From contig JAZUKH010000046.1 in NCBI GenBank assembly GCA_045643185.1, positions 10,883 to 74,882 on the forward strand: a stretch of 64,000 nucleotides of DNA. Direction: 5' to 3'. A program made the position numbers and the translations under genes. Within the stretch, counting starts at the first letter, position 1. Every line of letters starts with the position of its first letter. The stretch comes from Myxococcota bacterium. Lineage in GTDB: Bacteria > Myxococcota_A > Bradymonadia > UBA4248. Shown here in pieces: positions 28,625-39,478 of this stretch. The notes below the pieces were generated by a model. The model did not search any database. It was not told the origin of the DNA and saw nothing but the letters and a program-made list of their open reading frames with translations.

Positions 28625-29257
28625 ATGCGAACTTGCGAGATCTTTGAATTGCCAGGACAGTCGACGCCCGACCAGGTGATGGCTTCCTTTGCGCCGGCGC
28701 CACGCACGCTGACGCTTGTTGGAATGCGTGCTGAAGTCGCCATTCGTGTCCTCTGTTACCTGCTCTGCCTCGCTTTCGCTTCCATCGTTGTTTTGCGCTT
28801 TTTCGACTATTACATCGAAAATGCCGAGATCTTCGCCTGGTTTGCCATCGTGCTCGTCGCACCACTCGCCATCATTGGCTTGCCCTGGTGCCTCAGTGTT
28901 GGACTCAAAAAACGTCGTCAGACTTTCGAAAAGTGCCGCGCTATCTACGAAAATGGTGTGCTCGCCAAAGGTGAGATCGTCATGCTCTCGCTCGTCATGG
29001 GGAATGACTACGCCTGTTATTACGCCAAACGCAGTTTTTGGGCACAACACCTGCCACAATGCGTGCGCGTCGACTACACCTTCAACGTCAACAACGAACT
29101 TAAGGTTGGCTCCGTCTTCATCCACGAAAAAAACGCCCGTTATCTGGCGACCAACGACGAGATTTGCGTGCTCTACGACCCGGAACACCCCGAAAACAAT
29201 ATGCTCTATCCGTTACCCGGTGAGGAGTTGTGCGGGTTCTGCGTCAAAACGCCGTGA
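28625..29257 (+). CDS. Hypothetical membrane protein
   Basis: Two hydrophobic helices; start abuts the upstream stop. Confidence 0.45.
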   Translation: MRTCEIFELPGQSTPDQVMASFAPAPRTLTLVGMRAEVAIRVLCYLLCLAFASIVVLRFFDYYIENAEIFAWFAIVLVAPLAIIGLPWCLSVGLKKRRQTFEKCRAIYENGVLAKGEIVMLSLVMGNDYACYYAKRSFWAQHLPQCVRVDYTFNVNNELKVGSVFIHEKNARYLATNDEICVLYDPEHPENNMLYPLPGEELCGFCVKTP

Positions 29258-29314
29258 TCAGATCATCAAAAACAATTTTATCGCGCAATTTCGCGCTTCA
29301 ACAAGGAGATCAAT

Positions 29315-29884
29315 ATGGCTCGTGAAGAAATGAAAACCGACTTTTCAGAAGTCGTCATCCCTGGTACCGGTAGACTGTTTGCCCGTTTTGAGACGAGCAT
29401 GGGCGACATCGTTTGTGAACTCGCCGAAAAACTCGCCCCGAATACCGTCAAAAACTTCGTGGGTCTCGCGACGGGTCAGATCGAATTCACGAATGCTCAG
29501 ACCGGTGAAAAAGAAAAACGTCCGTTCTACGATGGCATCATTTTCCACCGCGTCATTCCCGAATTCATGATCCAGTGTGGTTGCCCGCTCGGCATTGGTA
29601 TTGGTGGCCCGGGCTATCGTTTCCGCGATGAATTCCACCCGCAGCTTCGTCACAGCGGCCCCGGCATCCTCTCGATGGCGAACGCCGGTCCGAACACGAA
29701 TGGTTCGCAGTTCTTCATTACGGAAGTTGACACGAGCTACCTCGATAACCGTCACGCCGTGTTTGGCAAAGTCATTGACGGCCTCGACATCGTCAAGAAG
29801 ATCGCCCGCGTTCGTCGCGATCACAACGACAAACCGTACGATCCCGTTGTTCTGCAGCACGTGATCATCTATCGCGCTAACTAA
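29315..29884 (+). CDS. ppiB: Peptidyl-prolyl cis-trans isomerase, cyclophilin type
   Basis: FHRVIPEFMIQCG, SMANAGPNTNGSQFFIT and HAVFGKVIDGLDIV are cyclophilin signatures; RBS AAGGAG. Confidence 0.9.
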   Translation: MAREEMKTDFSEVVIPGTGRLFARFETSMGDIVCELAEKLAPNTVKNFVGLATGQIEFTNAQTGEKEKRPFYDGIIFHRVIPEFMIQCGCPLGIGIGGPGYRFRDEFHPQLRHSGPGILSMANAGPNTNGSQFFITEVDTSYLDNRHAVFGKVIDGLDIVKKIARVRRDHNDKPYDPVVLQHVIIYRAN

Positions 29885-29936
29885 GTTATGTAGCGGCGTG
29901 CGTGCCGCTACATTATATAATGTAACGATAAGTTTT

Positions 29937-31280
29937 ATGGCCAAACCATCCACTGGGTTCAAGATAGAGATCATTCCTGACGTTTACACGATCGGGTTGT
30001 TCAAAAAGACACTGTCGTCGCGCAAACGTTTGCGTGTGACCACAGGCGTGGCGCTTGTCTCGTTGTGGGTGGCTTTTTTTGCTCTTGGCTGGTTTTTACA
30101 TGACGTGAGCGAGTGGCCGAATCTCAACCTGGTCTTGCTGCTTTTGCTGATGGCCGGGTTGATCGTCACCAGTTATTTGCTGGCGCTGACGGTGGGGGAT
30201 GCGTTCTTTCCCGGGCCGTGGCGCGAGAAGATGCGTGATCCCAAGTTTGTGCCCGAACAGATCGACGACCAGGTCGCGTTGCTCAAGAATCGTAACGGCT
30301 ATTTTATTGCGACGTGGTTCGTTTGCCTGGTGGCGCTGTTTTTTGTCAGCGACCGGATGACCGGCAGCATGATCTCGTGGTACAGCAACTGCGGCGGTGC
30401 CCTGGCCTCGTTGCGCAGCGACGACGCGTCGGAACGCCTGGCGTCGCTCTACGCACTGACGAACCCGCTTCGCACGACGGCGTGGGAAGATGACGGCATT
30501 CGTCAGCAGATCCAGATCATTCTGGAAGACCCGAACGAGGGCGATGATGTCGTGGCGCTCGCCGCTTACGTGGCTGGACGCGCCATTATGGTCAATACCG
30601 CCGACGCCTTGACCGCCGTTCTCAAAAACACTGCGCGCAGCGAACACGCACGCGCTGAAGCTGCGGCTACGCTTGGACGCCTCGATTGGAAACCCGCTCG
30701 TGGCGCCATGATCACGGTCATGAACCAGACGTTCACACAGGATCCGATGAATCACGAGCTGATTCCGTCGATCATTTACGCTTTTTCGTATGCCATGAAG
30801 GATGATTCTGCAGTCCAACCCGTGATGCAGAAGCTCGAAACGTGTTTGTCGACGGCGTGCAGTGACGAGATCCTGCAATATGGTTTCTTTTATTTGAAAT
30901 CGATGCGTTCGACGCAGGCGGCGCCGTTGGCGTTCAAATACATCGATGACGCGCAGCAACCGGCTGCGCACCGCTGCTGGGCCGCAGACTCACTGCGTTT
31001 TATCTCGGAACCCAAACACATCGCCGAAATGAAGATGCGCTTTGACCGCACTTCACGCGAGCTTGTTTGCGCAGACGTCTTTCACAAATATCACCAGGAA
31101 GCTGCGGTCGTGCTGTTCGAGAACGACCCGATGCGCTCGCTCTACGTGCGCGCGGTCGGCAACCACATGCAGCCCTCCGACTACGACTGGATCTGGGTCA
31201 TTGGCTCAGACGAAAACGAATTGCTCTCGACGCGCAAAGTGGCCGAAGTTTACACGCGCGCGATGAACGCCAAGAAATAA
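29937..31280 (+). CDS. Hypothetical membrane protein with HEAT/PBS-like repeats
   Basis: Two N-terminal TM helices followed by an alpha-repeat region. Confidence 0.4.
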   Translation: MAKPSTGFKIEIIPDVYTIGLFKKTLSSRKRLRVTTGVALVSLWVAFFALGWFLHDVSEWPNLNLVLLLLLMAGLIVTSYLLALTVGDAFFPGPWREKMRDPKFVPEQIDDQVALLKNRNGYFIATWFVCLVALFFVSDRMTGSMISWYSNCGGALASLRSDDASERLASLYALTNPLRTTAWEDDGIRQQIQIILEDPNEGDDVVALAAYVAGRAIMVNTADALTAVLKNTARSEHARAEAAATLGRLDWKPARGAMITVMNQTFTQDPMNHELIPSIIYAFSYAMKDDSAVQPVMQKLETCLSTACSDEILQYGFFYLKSMRSTQAAPLAFKYIDDAQQPAAHRCWAADSLRFISEPKHIAEMKMRFDRTSRELVCADVFHKYHQEAAVVLFENDPMRSLYVRAVGNHMQPSDYDWIWVIGSDENELLSTRKVAEVYTRAMNAKK

Positions 31281-31286
31281 CCCATC

Positions 31287-32432
31287 ATGGACAAAATTTA
31301 CGGACATCAACAGATCAAGGAAGGACTTTGCCATGCCGCCCAGACCGGTCGACTGCACCACGCGTTGCTGTTCGTAGGCCCGAATGGCGTGGGCAAGATG
31401 TCGCTGGCGCGCGCGTTCGTGCGCACCATGTATTGTGCCAAAACCGATGCGGCCAAAGGCGAATTCTGCATGTGTGGTCAATGTGACGCGTGTGTGCGGC
31501 TGGGGACGGGCAAACGCTGTCAGATCCGCGTGGATGAGATCGATTCGTCCGACATGATCCCGGGCTTGTGGATCAACCCGGGTTATCCCGATCTGCTCGA
31601 GGTCGAAGAGGATGACCCGTGGATCAAGGTGGCGACGATGCGCGCCGTGTCGGTGCGCGCCAACCTGTCGCTGAGTTTTGCTTCGCATCGATACATCATT
31701 ATTCGTGATGCGCACAAGCTGCGCGATGAGGCTGCGAACGCGTTTTTGAAGACGCTCGAGGAGCCGAACCCAAACACGTCGTTCATTTTGACGACGTCAA
31801 ACCTCAATGCGTTGCTGCCGACGATCGTGAGTCGCTGCCAGGTCGTGCGCTTTGCGCCGTTCAGCGATGACGATGTTGCTGCGCACGTGAACCGCGTTGT
31901 GGCTGACGAAGAGGCGCGCATGCGCGCCGAGGGCGAAGATCCCAACGAGGTGCATCTGCCTCACCAGGAATATGACGTCAACCAGGTCGTCAACATGGCA
32001 TTCGGAAGCTTTGGCGCGGCTGCTAAATTCGTCTACGGTGAGGATAAGGACCTCATCATTCGACACTTCCAGCAGATCATCAGCCTAAAAAGTGCCGTCG
32101 ATGCGCTTCGGCTCGCCGCGGCTTTCAAACACGACTCGGCTGATGAAAAGAAAAAATACATTCAGCGCTGTATTGAGCCGCTCTTTCGCCTGTTATTGCT
32201 CTTTTTGCGCGATATCATGTTGATGCAGGCAGTGCCGAACGCTGACATCAAGCTTAAACATCATTTGGAGCTTATCGCCAAATGCGCTAAAACGGCCCGT
32301 CCGGCAGACGTTCAGCGTGCGTTCAATACGACGCAGGAGATCTACCAGGCCATCGTCTTTGGCAATGCCAATGAACAGATCGCGTGGGAACGACTTATGC
32401 TCGGTTTCCAAGGCGTTTTGTTCAAAAAATAG
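31287..32432 (+). CDS. holB: DNA polymerase III delta-prime subunit
   Basis: GRLHHALLFVGPNGVGKMSLA and the C..C..C zinc module (CMCGQCDACV) are typical HolB N-terminal features. Confidence 0.7.
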   Translation: MDKIYGHQQIKEGLCHAAQTGRLHHALLFVGPNGVGKMSLARAFVRTMYCAKTDAAKGEFCMCGQCDACVRLGTGKRCQIRVDEIDSSDMIPGLWINPGYPDLLEVEEDDPWIKVATMRAVSVRANLSLSFASHRYIIIRDAHKLRDEAANAFLKTLEEPNPNTSFILTTSNLNALLPTIVSRCQVVRFAPFSDDDVAAHVNRVVADEEARMRAEGEDPNEVHLPHQEYDVNQVVNMAFGSFGAAAKFVYGEDKDLIIRHFQQIISLKSAVDALRLAAAFKHDSADEKKKYIQRCIEPLFRLLLLFLRDIMLMQAVPNADIKLKHHLELIAKCAKTARPADVQRAFNTTQEIYQAIVFGNANEQIAWERLMLGFQGVLFKK

Positions 32433-32530
32433 GGTGAGTCACGTCAATTTGGCGTTTGATAAGGCCCTTATCGATTATTTAACCCAAAAATGCGCCGTGG
32501 ACCGAAAAGTCATGCGGCGCTCAACATGTT

Positions 32531-33829
32531 ATGACTGAAGAAAACGAAATGAATTCGCAACAGCCGGTGGCGACCGATGCGCCGGCTGAAACCCCGTCGA
32601 ACGCGTCGAATGCCGTCGAAAACATCAAAGCGGCCATTGAAGAAACGAATGACGCACAGGCTTCTCATGTGACGGTCATTCACCAGGGTGACAAGACCTA
32701 TCACATCGTGGGAACGGCACACGTCAGTGAGCAGAGTCGCCAGGAAGTGGCCGATCTGATCGAAAAACTCAATCCCGACACGGTCTGCGTCGAGCTTTGT
32801 CAGGAGCGTTACGACTCGTTCAAAGACGAAAACCGCTGGGCGAAGCTCGACATCTTTCAGGTGATCCGCAAAGGCAAGTTCCTGTATTTGCTCGGGAACC
32901 TGGCTGTGGGCGCCTATCAGCGCAAAATGGGCGCGCAGCTTGGTGTCAAACCCGGTGCTGAGCTCATGGGCGCCGTCGAGATCGCTGAAGCGCGCGGCAC
33001 GCGCGTGGCGCTCATTGACCGAAACATCAACACGACGCTTAAACGCGTGTGGCGCAACCTCGGCTTTATGACCAAGATCCAGCTTTTGGGCGCGATCTTT
33101 GACTCGTTGACCGAAGGCAAAAAAGAAGACGAGCCCGTCACGTCCGAGTCGATCGAAGATCTCAAGAAGGACGCGAACCTGTCAGCCATGATGGACGAAT
33201 TCGCCAAAGAAATGCCGCAGGTCCACACGCCGCTGATCGACGAACGCGATCGCTATTTGAGCGCCAAAATGCGTCAGGCTGAAGGCAAAACGATCGTCGC
33301 CGTCGTGGGCGCCGGTCACGTCAACGGCATCAAACGCTATTTTGAGCAGGACATCGACACCGAAGCGCTCGACGTGATCCCGCCGACTTCTGTCATTTGG
33401 ACGATCCTCAAGTGGTTGATTCCGGCCATCATCCTGGGCGGTCTGATCTACGGCGGCGTCACACACGGCTCGGGCACGCTCTACGAGATGCTGACCGCGT
33501 GGATCATTCCGAACTCGTTGTTCTGTTTCCTGCTGACCGCCGCGGCACTCGCCAAACCGCTTACGTTGCTGGCGTCGATCTTCGTGTCACCGCTGACGTC
33601 AACGACGCCGGTCATCGGCGCCGGTATCGTTCTGGGCTTGCTCGAAGCCTGGTTGCGCAAGCCGACCGTGGCTGATTGCGAAGACCTCGTCAACGTGCAC
33701 ACGCTCAAGGATTTTTATCGCAACCCAGTGACGCATACCCTCATCGTGTGTGTGCTTTCGACGATCGGTTCCGCACTTGGCGCTTGGATCGGCATCGGTT
33801 GGATGCTCGCAAAACTCGGTCTGGCATAA
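32531..33829 (+). CDS. TraB/GumN family protein
   Basis: YHIVGTAHVSEQS signature; C-terminal multi-TM region. Confidence 0.65.
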   Translation: MTEENEMNSQQPVATDAPAETPSNASNAVENIKAAIEETNDAQASHVTVIHQGDKTYHIVGTAHVSEQSRQEVADLIEKLNPDTVCVELCQERYDSFKDENRWAKLDIFQVIRKGKFLYLLGNLAVGAYQRKMGAQLGVKPGAELMGAVEIAEARGTRVALIDRNINTTLKRVWRNLGFMTKIQLLGAIFDSLTEGKKEDEPVTSESIEDLKKDANLSAMMDEFAKEMPQVHTPLIDERDRYLSAKMRQAEGKTIVAVVGAGHVNGIKRYFEQDIDTEALDVIPPTSVIWTILKWLIPAIILGGLIYGGVTHGSGTLYEMLTAWIIPNSLFCFLLTAAALAKPLTLLASIFVSPLTSTTPVIGAGIVLGLLEAWLRKPTVADCEDLVNVHTLKDFYRNPVTHTLIVCVLSTIGSALGAWIGIGWMLAKLGLA

Positions 33830-33842
33830 TCTGGCTCGTCGA

Positions 33843-33950
33843 AGGCCCTGCCAGGCGAAGGGGTAGCGGCGTATTTTTCCCACGTAGTTGCGTAGCATGC
33901 TACGCAGCAACGTGGGAAAAATAGCCGCGTAGGGGGAGACTTCCCCCTCC
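33843..33950. repeat. REP/MITE-like intergenic repeat, copy 4
   Basis: GCCAGGCGAAGGGGTAGCGGCGTAT-[47-nt palindromic spacer]-ATAGCCGCGTAGGGGGAGACTTCCCCCTC. Confidence 0.85.
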
Positions 33951-33977
33951 AAAATTGACAATTTAAGAGGTTTGAAC

Positions 33978-35342
33978 ATGAAAAAATATTTATTAGCCAT
34001 CGCATTGTTGAGCTCGATCGCCCTCTGCGTGGCTTGTGACGACGACAACTCGGAAGAAAAGGGCGCGACCTGCTCGCCCGACTTATTCAAGGCCTCGTGC
34101 GCGGACGAAACGCACATTTATCAGTGCCAGGACGGCGATATCGTGTCGGTGCAGTGCGGCGCTAACGAGGTTTGCTCGAACAACGCGTGCAAAGCTGAGT
34201 CATCCAAGCCGAGCACAGGGTCGGACGAGTCTGGAAAACAGGGCGAGGATAAGAAATCGCCCACGTCCTCAGAAGGCGACAAGTGCGGCGCGGATTTCGT
34301 TGCCAGCTGTGATGCTGCGGGCAATTTGGTGACGTGCATCGACGGCGAAGTGAGTGTCGAAGCCTGCTCGAATGGCGAATACTGCTTGCTTGGTAAATGC
34401 CAGGGCTCGTGCGAACAGGGCAGTGACTTTTGCCTCGACGAAAAGACCGTCATGATGTGCATTTCGGGCAAGTATTACAAAGGCAATTGCTCCGACGGCT
34501 GCGCCAATAACCGTTGCGTGAACCCCAATGAACAGCTGGGCGGCGACGACGAACCCGAAGGCCCGGCGTGCGAACTCGGTACAAAGCCATATTGCGACGA
34601 AGATGGCACGCTCGTGAGCTGCGAATACTGGGGCGAGCCGATGGTCGTCAAATCGCAGTGCGTTTCGGGCACCAAATGTCAGGATGGCGTCTGCGTCATG
34701 GAAAACGCCGATCGCTGCGTCGGCAATGTCTGCAAGGACTTCCACACGCTGCTCAAATGTGAAGATGGCGTCGCCACCGAGTCCAAATGCGGCGAGGGCG
34801 AGGTTTGCTTATCCGAACAATGCAAAAAGATGAGCGGCGTCGATTTTTGCGAAAATGATGACGAATGCGCCGATGACGAAGTCTGCCGCGACAGCCTTTG
34901 CTACAAAAAAGCCCAGTTCGACATCAAGATCGGCTCGGCATGCGACTCTGGCACGTTCCAGGAATACTGCGAAAACGGCATGGAAGTGAAGTGCGATCCT
35001 TACGAGGACTTCGTCGTCACCAAAAACAGCTGCGAAGGCTACAACGGCTGCAGCATGATCGTCCAAAAAGCGTACAATCCCGACCCGAAAGCCACGCCCA
35101 AGCTCATTCGCAACGCGATCTGCCGCGGCACCGACAGCGACCTCGCCTATTGCAGCCAGCACATGGGCGTCGTCTACAATTCGTGCCTCAACGTCGAAGG
35201 CGTCGGCATCATGAGCGGCTTCTCGTACTCCTACACCAACGCGTGCATCTACGGCACCGACGGCCAGCCCGTCTTCTCGTTTGCGCGCGATCAGACGTCC
35301 TGTACCGGCCTGTGCGACGATTCGACCGGTCTTTGCGAATAA
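33978..35342 (+). CDS. Cysteine-rich repeat lipoprotein (member of the Cys-rich lipoprotein family)
   Basis: Lipobox MKKYLLAIALLSSIALCVAC; repeated C-x-C-x-G-x-C modules throughout. Confidence 0.65.
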   Translation: MKKYLLAIALLSSIALCVACDDDNSEEKGATCSPDLFKASCADETHIYQCQDGDIVSVQCGANEVCSNNACKAESSKPSTGSDESGKQGEDKKSPTSSEGDKCGADFVASCDAAGNLVTCIDGEVSVEACSNGEYCLLGKCQGSCEQGSDFCLDEKTVMMCISGKYYKGNCSDGCANNRCVNPNEQLGGDDEPEGPACELGTKPYCDEDGTLVSCEYWGEPMVVKSQCVSGTKCQDGVCVMENADRCVGNVCKDFHTLLKCEDGVATESKCGEGEVCLSEQCKKMSGVDFCENDDECADDEVCRDSLCYKKAQFDIKIGSACDSGTFQEYCENGMEVKCDPYEDFVVTKNSCEGYNGCSMIVQKAYNPDPKATPKLIRNAICRGTDSDLAYCSQHMGVVYNSCLNVEGVGIMSGFSYSYTNACIYGTDGQPVFSFARDQTSCTGLCDDSTGLCE

Positions 35343-35363
35343 ATAGGTCGTTTGGGATTTGGG

Positions 35364-35437
35364 AGGGGGAAGTCTCCCCCTACGCGGCTATTGGCATCAT
35401 CGCCAATACGCCGCTACCCCTTCGCCTGGCGGGGCCT
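35364..35437. repeat. REP/MITE-like intergenic repeat, copy 5 (inverted)
   Basis: GGGGGAAGTCTCCCCCTACGCGGCTAT-TGGCATCATCGCCAAT-ACGCCGCTACCCCTTCGCCTGGC. Confidence 0.85.
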
Positions 35438-35466
35438 TTGACCCGGTTGAGGTGCGACGTATTGTA

Positions 35467-35499
35467 AAAAAACGCGGCTTTTGGCCGCGTTTTTTTGTT
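35467..35499. terminator. Rho-independent terminator
   Basis: AAAAACGCGGCTTTTGGCCGCGTTTTTTTG hairpin plus T-run. Confidence 0.7.
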
Positions 35500-35588
35500 G
35501 TGAGAAGGCCAAAACATTGTAGAAGAGTCAAGTTGTTTGGCACGAGACGGTGCCGTTCGTAATCCACCTAAAATTTTGGAGTGAAAAC

Positions 35589-36893
35589 ATGCGCGTCGTA
35601 GATCTTATTGAAGCAAAACGTGATGGCAGAACGATTCCTGGAGCTGACATTCGTGAGTTTGTGAATGCCGTTGTTCGCAAAGAAGTTCCGGAATACCAGA
35701 TCGCCGCCTTTTTGATGGCGGTGTATTTCAAGGGCATGGAACGCGACGAACTGGTTGCGTACACGGATGCCATGCTTCACAGCGGCGACACGATGTCGTT
35801 GAAAGGGCTCGGCAGCCACTTCAAAGTGGATAAGCACTCGACGGGTGGCGTGGGCGACAAAGTGTCGTTGACGCTGGCGCCTATGGTGGCTGCGTGCGGT
35901 CCGGTGATTCCGATGATCTCGGGACGCGGCCTGGGGCACACGGGCGGCACGCTCGACAAACTTGAGTCGATTCCCGGCTACCGCGTCGATCTGAACGAAA
36001 ACGAGATCGAAGGCGCGATCAACGATTGCGGTTACATCATTTCCGGCCAGACGGGCTCGCTCGTGCCGGCTGACAAGATCTTTTATGCGCTTCGCGACGT
36101 GACGGGCACGGTGCCGTCGATTCCGTTGATCGCGGCGTCGATCATGAGCAAAAAACTGTCGGTGGGCTTGAACGGCTTGGTTTTGGACGTCAAAGTCGGT
36201 ACGGGTGCCTTCATGAAGACGCAGCAGGACGCCCAGCTTTTGGCCGACACGATGATCTCGATCGGCAACGCGATGCAGTGCAACACGCGTGCGTGCATCA
36301 CGAGCATGGATCAGCCGCTGGGCGTCGCCGTCGGCAACGCCAACGAGCTTATCGAAGCGATCGAAATGCTCAAAGGCAACGCGCCAAAAGATTACGAAGA
36401 GATCTGTTACGCGCTCGGCACCGAAATGCTGTCGATCGCCAAGGGCATTTCGCCCGACGACGCGCGTGACGAACTCTCCAAAGCCATTTCGTCGGGCCGT
36501 GCGCTCGAGTGTCTGCGCAAAAACGTTGCGGCTCAGGGCGGCGACGCCCGCATCGTCGACGATTATTCGCTCCTTAACGTGTCTAAGACCACGACCGTCG
36601 TCAAAGCGGCTCAGTCGGGTTACGTGTGCGGCTATAACTGCGAACAGGTCGGTAAAGCCAGCTGCGTGTTGGGTGGCGGCCGCGAAGTTGCCGGGGCCCC
36701 CGTCGATCACTCCGTCGGGCTCGAAGTCCTGCACAAGATCGGTGACAAGGTCGAAGCTGGGGCGCCGCTCTTCAACGTGTATTATCACGACGAGGCGAAA
36801 GCCGAAAAAGCTTGTAAGATGCTGCTCGACGCCATTCAGATCGGCGACGCCATGCCTCAGCCTAACCAGTTGATCCGCGACATTCGCCGTTAG
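35589..36893 (+). CDS. pdp: Thymidine/pyrimidine-nucleoside phosphorylase
   Basis: VDKHSTGGVGDKVSL and SGRGLGHTGGTLDKLESIPG motifs; start at MRVVDLIEAKRDG. Confidence 0.85.
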   Translation: MRVVDLIEAKRDGRTIPGADIREFVNAVVRKEVPEYQIAAFLMAVYFKGMERDELVAYTDAMLHSGDTMSLKGLGSHFKVDKHSTGGVGDKVSLTLAPMVAACGPVIPMISGRGLGHTGGTLDKLESIPGYRVDLNENEIEGAINDCGYIISGQTGSLVPADKIFYALRDVTGTVPSIPLIAASIMSKKLSVGLNGLVLDVKVGTGAFMKTQQDAQLLADTMISIGNAMQCNTRACITSMDQPLGVAVGNANELIEAIEMLKGNAPKDYEEICYALGTEMLSIAKGISPDDARDELSKAISSGRALECLRKNVAAQGGDARIVDDYSLLNVSKTTTVVKAAQSGYVCGYNCEQVGKASCVLGGGREVAGAPVDHSVGLEVLHKIGDKVEAGAPLFNVYYHDEAKAEKACKMLLDAIQIGDAMPQPNQLIRDIRR

Positions 36894-37010
36894 TGCGTTA
36901 AACGGAGCCATGTTGGCGCCACGTCGTCGCGGCGCCACTCGGTTGAGATGGTTAATTGATACAAAATATTAATAAATAAAGAATGGTACGATCCATTACC
37001 AGGGAGAGTT

Positions 37011-37760
37011 ATGAAAAAGATCATTCTTATGACAGTGCTTTGTGGCATGCTCTTGGTCACAGGCTGCGCAAACGACGATTCATCCAATGATTCCGGGGCT
37101 GCAGGCAACGACGCTTCGACGACAGATAACAAAGATGACGGCAAAACGCAGTCTGGCGACGACGGCAAAACGCAGTCTGGCGACGAAACGACCGAAAACT
37201 ACAGTTTTACGGACGTGTCGACGACAGAGTTCTCGTTTTCTGAGCTCAACCCCGCCTTTCAAATGGATGACGGCTATATTTACATCATGAATGCGGACGG
37301 CAGTCGCAGTAAAACCGTCAGTAACTGGGTGCTCAGCCATGACTATCGAAATATTCTGGCATGCGGCTTTTCAGCTCAAATCAAAGTTGGCAGCCAGATG
37401 AATTATTCCGGTCTTCAACTATTCAAAAAAGACAGCTACGATGATTATGAATTTGACGTCTATTCGGACGGCAAATTTGTCGTCAAAGATCCCCAAAAAA
37501 CTGTTTTGACATTGCAGGCGGACGCCTCTTTCGTCAAAGTTGGTGAATTTAACAAACTTCAAGTGACGACCGCTGACTCAGGCAACGTTCTCGTTTATGT
37601 CAACGACCATCTCGTGCTGACCATTTCCTCTCAAGAACTCGCCTTTAAGCTCACCGAAGCTAATAAACTTGCGGTTTTATACAATGTCAAAAGCACAGCC
37701 ACGAGTGCAGAACCCGCTGAAGCCTGGGTCAAGATGGAAAACATCGAGCAACAGAAATAG
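37011..37760 (+). CDS. Hypothetical lipoprotein
   Basis: Lipobox MKKIILMTVLCGMLLVTGC; internal 24-nt duplication (DDGKTQSGD x2). Confidence 0.55.
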   Translation: MKKIILMTVLCGMLLVTGCANDDSSNDSGAAGNDASTTDNKDDGKTQSGDDGKTQSGDETTENYSFTDVSTTEFSFSELNPAFQMDDGYIYIMNADGSRSKTVSNWVLSHDYRNILACGFSAQIKVGSQMNYSGLQLFKKDSYDDYEFDVYSDGKFVVKDPQKTVLTLQADASFVKVGEFNKLQVTTADSGNVLVYVNDHLVLTISSQELAFKLTEANKLAVLYNVKSTATSAEPAEAWVKMENIEQQK

Positions 37761-37859
37761 CGTTACAACGGTCACGAAATAGCTCATGACTGGATGATAT
37801 TGCTACTCAGTGTGATGTCTCCCAAAAGTGGGAGACATCACGAATCAATGATTTAATGA

Positions 37860-39197
37860 TTATTCAGTCCAACCGGATAATTCAAGGGCACCATTATTAA
37901 TACCGAAAGTGCAGTATAAGTTAGAAACATTTTCGGGAATGGGTGCAGTACCGCAATGGGTGAGCGCTTCAGCGACGGTCATATTTTTCGTCGTATCATT
38001 TTGGCACAGATCGTCATCAGAACCTTTGATTTTGATTGAAGCATAACGCTGGCAGATAGGCATCTGTTCATCAATGAATAGAAGATCCCACAATTGATCG
38101 CGATATTTTTCATTTTCTCCAGCATCAGCCAGATCATCGCCACCCAGTATTCTGTAATAATAAGTATTTCCGTCAATCTTACGGAAATACGGATCATTAT
38201 AGCAATAGGCATTTAAGCAATACTTACCGGTTTTGCATTTAGCTTTATGGCAAAGGCATTCTTCAGCGGTACATTTGGGAATACCTTTGACGATTTCGAA
38301 TCCCTCGGGAAGGTCTTTGAGCGTCGTACGATCGACGCACTTGTCGCGTCTGCAGACTGCTCCCATCGGACAAGTATTTTCGCCGCATTCACAGCCATTT
38401 GGGTCGATACAATAGTTGACCATTTTATTTTCTTTTGAAGGCACGCAAATATATTTTTCATTATATTCACGACCGTCGCAAGTGCAGCCCTGAGGTGTGG
38501 GTGAATAGCCATTCGTGCATTCGAGCGGTTCACAGACTTCATCTTTTGTAATTGTTTTGCCGTAACAATTACATTCGTCTTTAAAACACACGAGGCTGTA
38601 ATACATATTTTTATACGGTTTATGTCTGCAGGCCAGGCCACGTCCCGTGACAGGCGAGCCAGCACAAGTTCCCCATTTTCCAGAGCAGCCCATGTTAGAA
38701 TAAACCGTGATCTTTCCGCAAGGACAGCCATCAGACTGCGTGCAACCGATATCATAACGATCTTTTGAGATTTCCCAGCAGGAATAGCCTGTGAGAGAGC
38801 TATCAATGAGTGTATCGCCGCATTTACAGACACCATCCGTACAAACGCCGTTCATCGGACAGGTCACGTCACCACATTCACAACCTTCAGCGTTGTCGCA
38901 CGAAACACTTTCGCTTGAAGGTTGCGCAACGGGGGCTTGGGGCGCCATGTTGGGGGCCATTTCACGCGGTGCGGGCGCTTCATCCGTCGTATCCTGAACT
39001 GCGTCATGATCCACAGCTTCTGTGGCGTCTTGCTGAGCTGCAACATCCTTATCAGCTTTGTCTGCCGCAGCTTTGTTGTCTGCCGCAGCCTGGTTGTCTG
39101 TTGACGCTGGGGGCGCGTTATCTGTTTTGGTGCCACAGGCAGACAAAACGAGTAGCAGAGAACAAGCCGCGATCGGTGATAAAAACTTTGTTTTCAT
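37860..39197 (-). CDS. Cysteine-rich repeat lipoprotein (family member)
   Basis: Lipobox MKTKFLSPIAACSLLLVLSAC at the internal ATG; dozens of Cys in repeated modules. Confidence 0.6.
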   Translation of the reverse strand: MKTKFLSPIAACSLLLVLSACGTKTDNAPPASTDNQAAADNKAAADKADKDVAAQQDATEAVDHDAVQDTTDEAPAPREMAPNMAPQAPVAQPSSESVSCDNAEGCECGDVTCPMNGVCTDGVCKCGDTLIDSSLTGYSCWEISKDRYDIGCTQSDGCPCGKITVYSNMGCSGKWGTCAGSPVTGRGLACRHKPYKNMYYSLVCFKDECNCYGKTITKDEVCEPLECTNGYSPTPQGCTCDGREYNEKYICVPSKENKMVNYCIDPNGCECGENTCPMGAVCRRDKCVDRTTLKDLPEGFEIVKGIPKCTAEECLCHKAKCKTGKYCLNAYCYNDPYFRKIDGNTYYYRILGGDDLADAGENEKYRDQLWDLLFIDEQMPICQRYASIKIKGSDDDLCQNDTTKNMTVAEALTHCGTAPIPENVSNLYCTFGINNGALELSGWTE

Positions 39198-39478
39198 AAA
39201 ACTCCTTATGCGAATCGATAACCATGTCACACAAGGCCAGTGTGACCAAACGAGCGACGTTTTTTGAAACATTTTATGCCATTTAACAAGAATAATCGCG
39301 GTCCGAAATCGAAAGTTGCACCTTGACGCTTGCAAAGGCGAAAATATTTGGTATAAGCAGCGTTTCTGCTAACACTTATGACGCGGCGCGTTATGGTATT
39401 GCAGATGATCAAGCAGGTGAAAAGCGCGACTGCGCTTTGAAGCAAGCCAAATTGACTGTTTTTTATGTAGGAGATTAC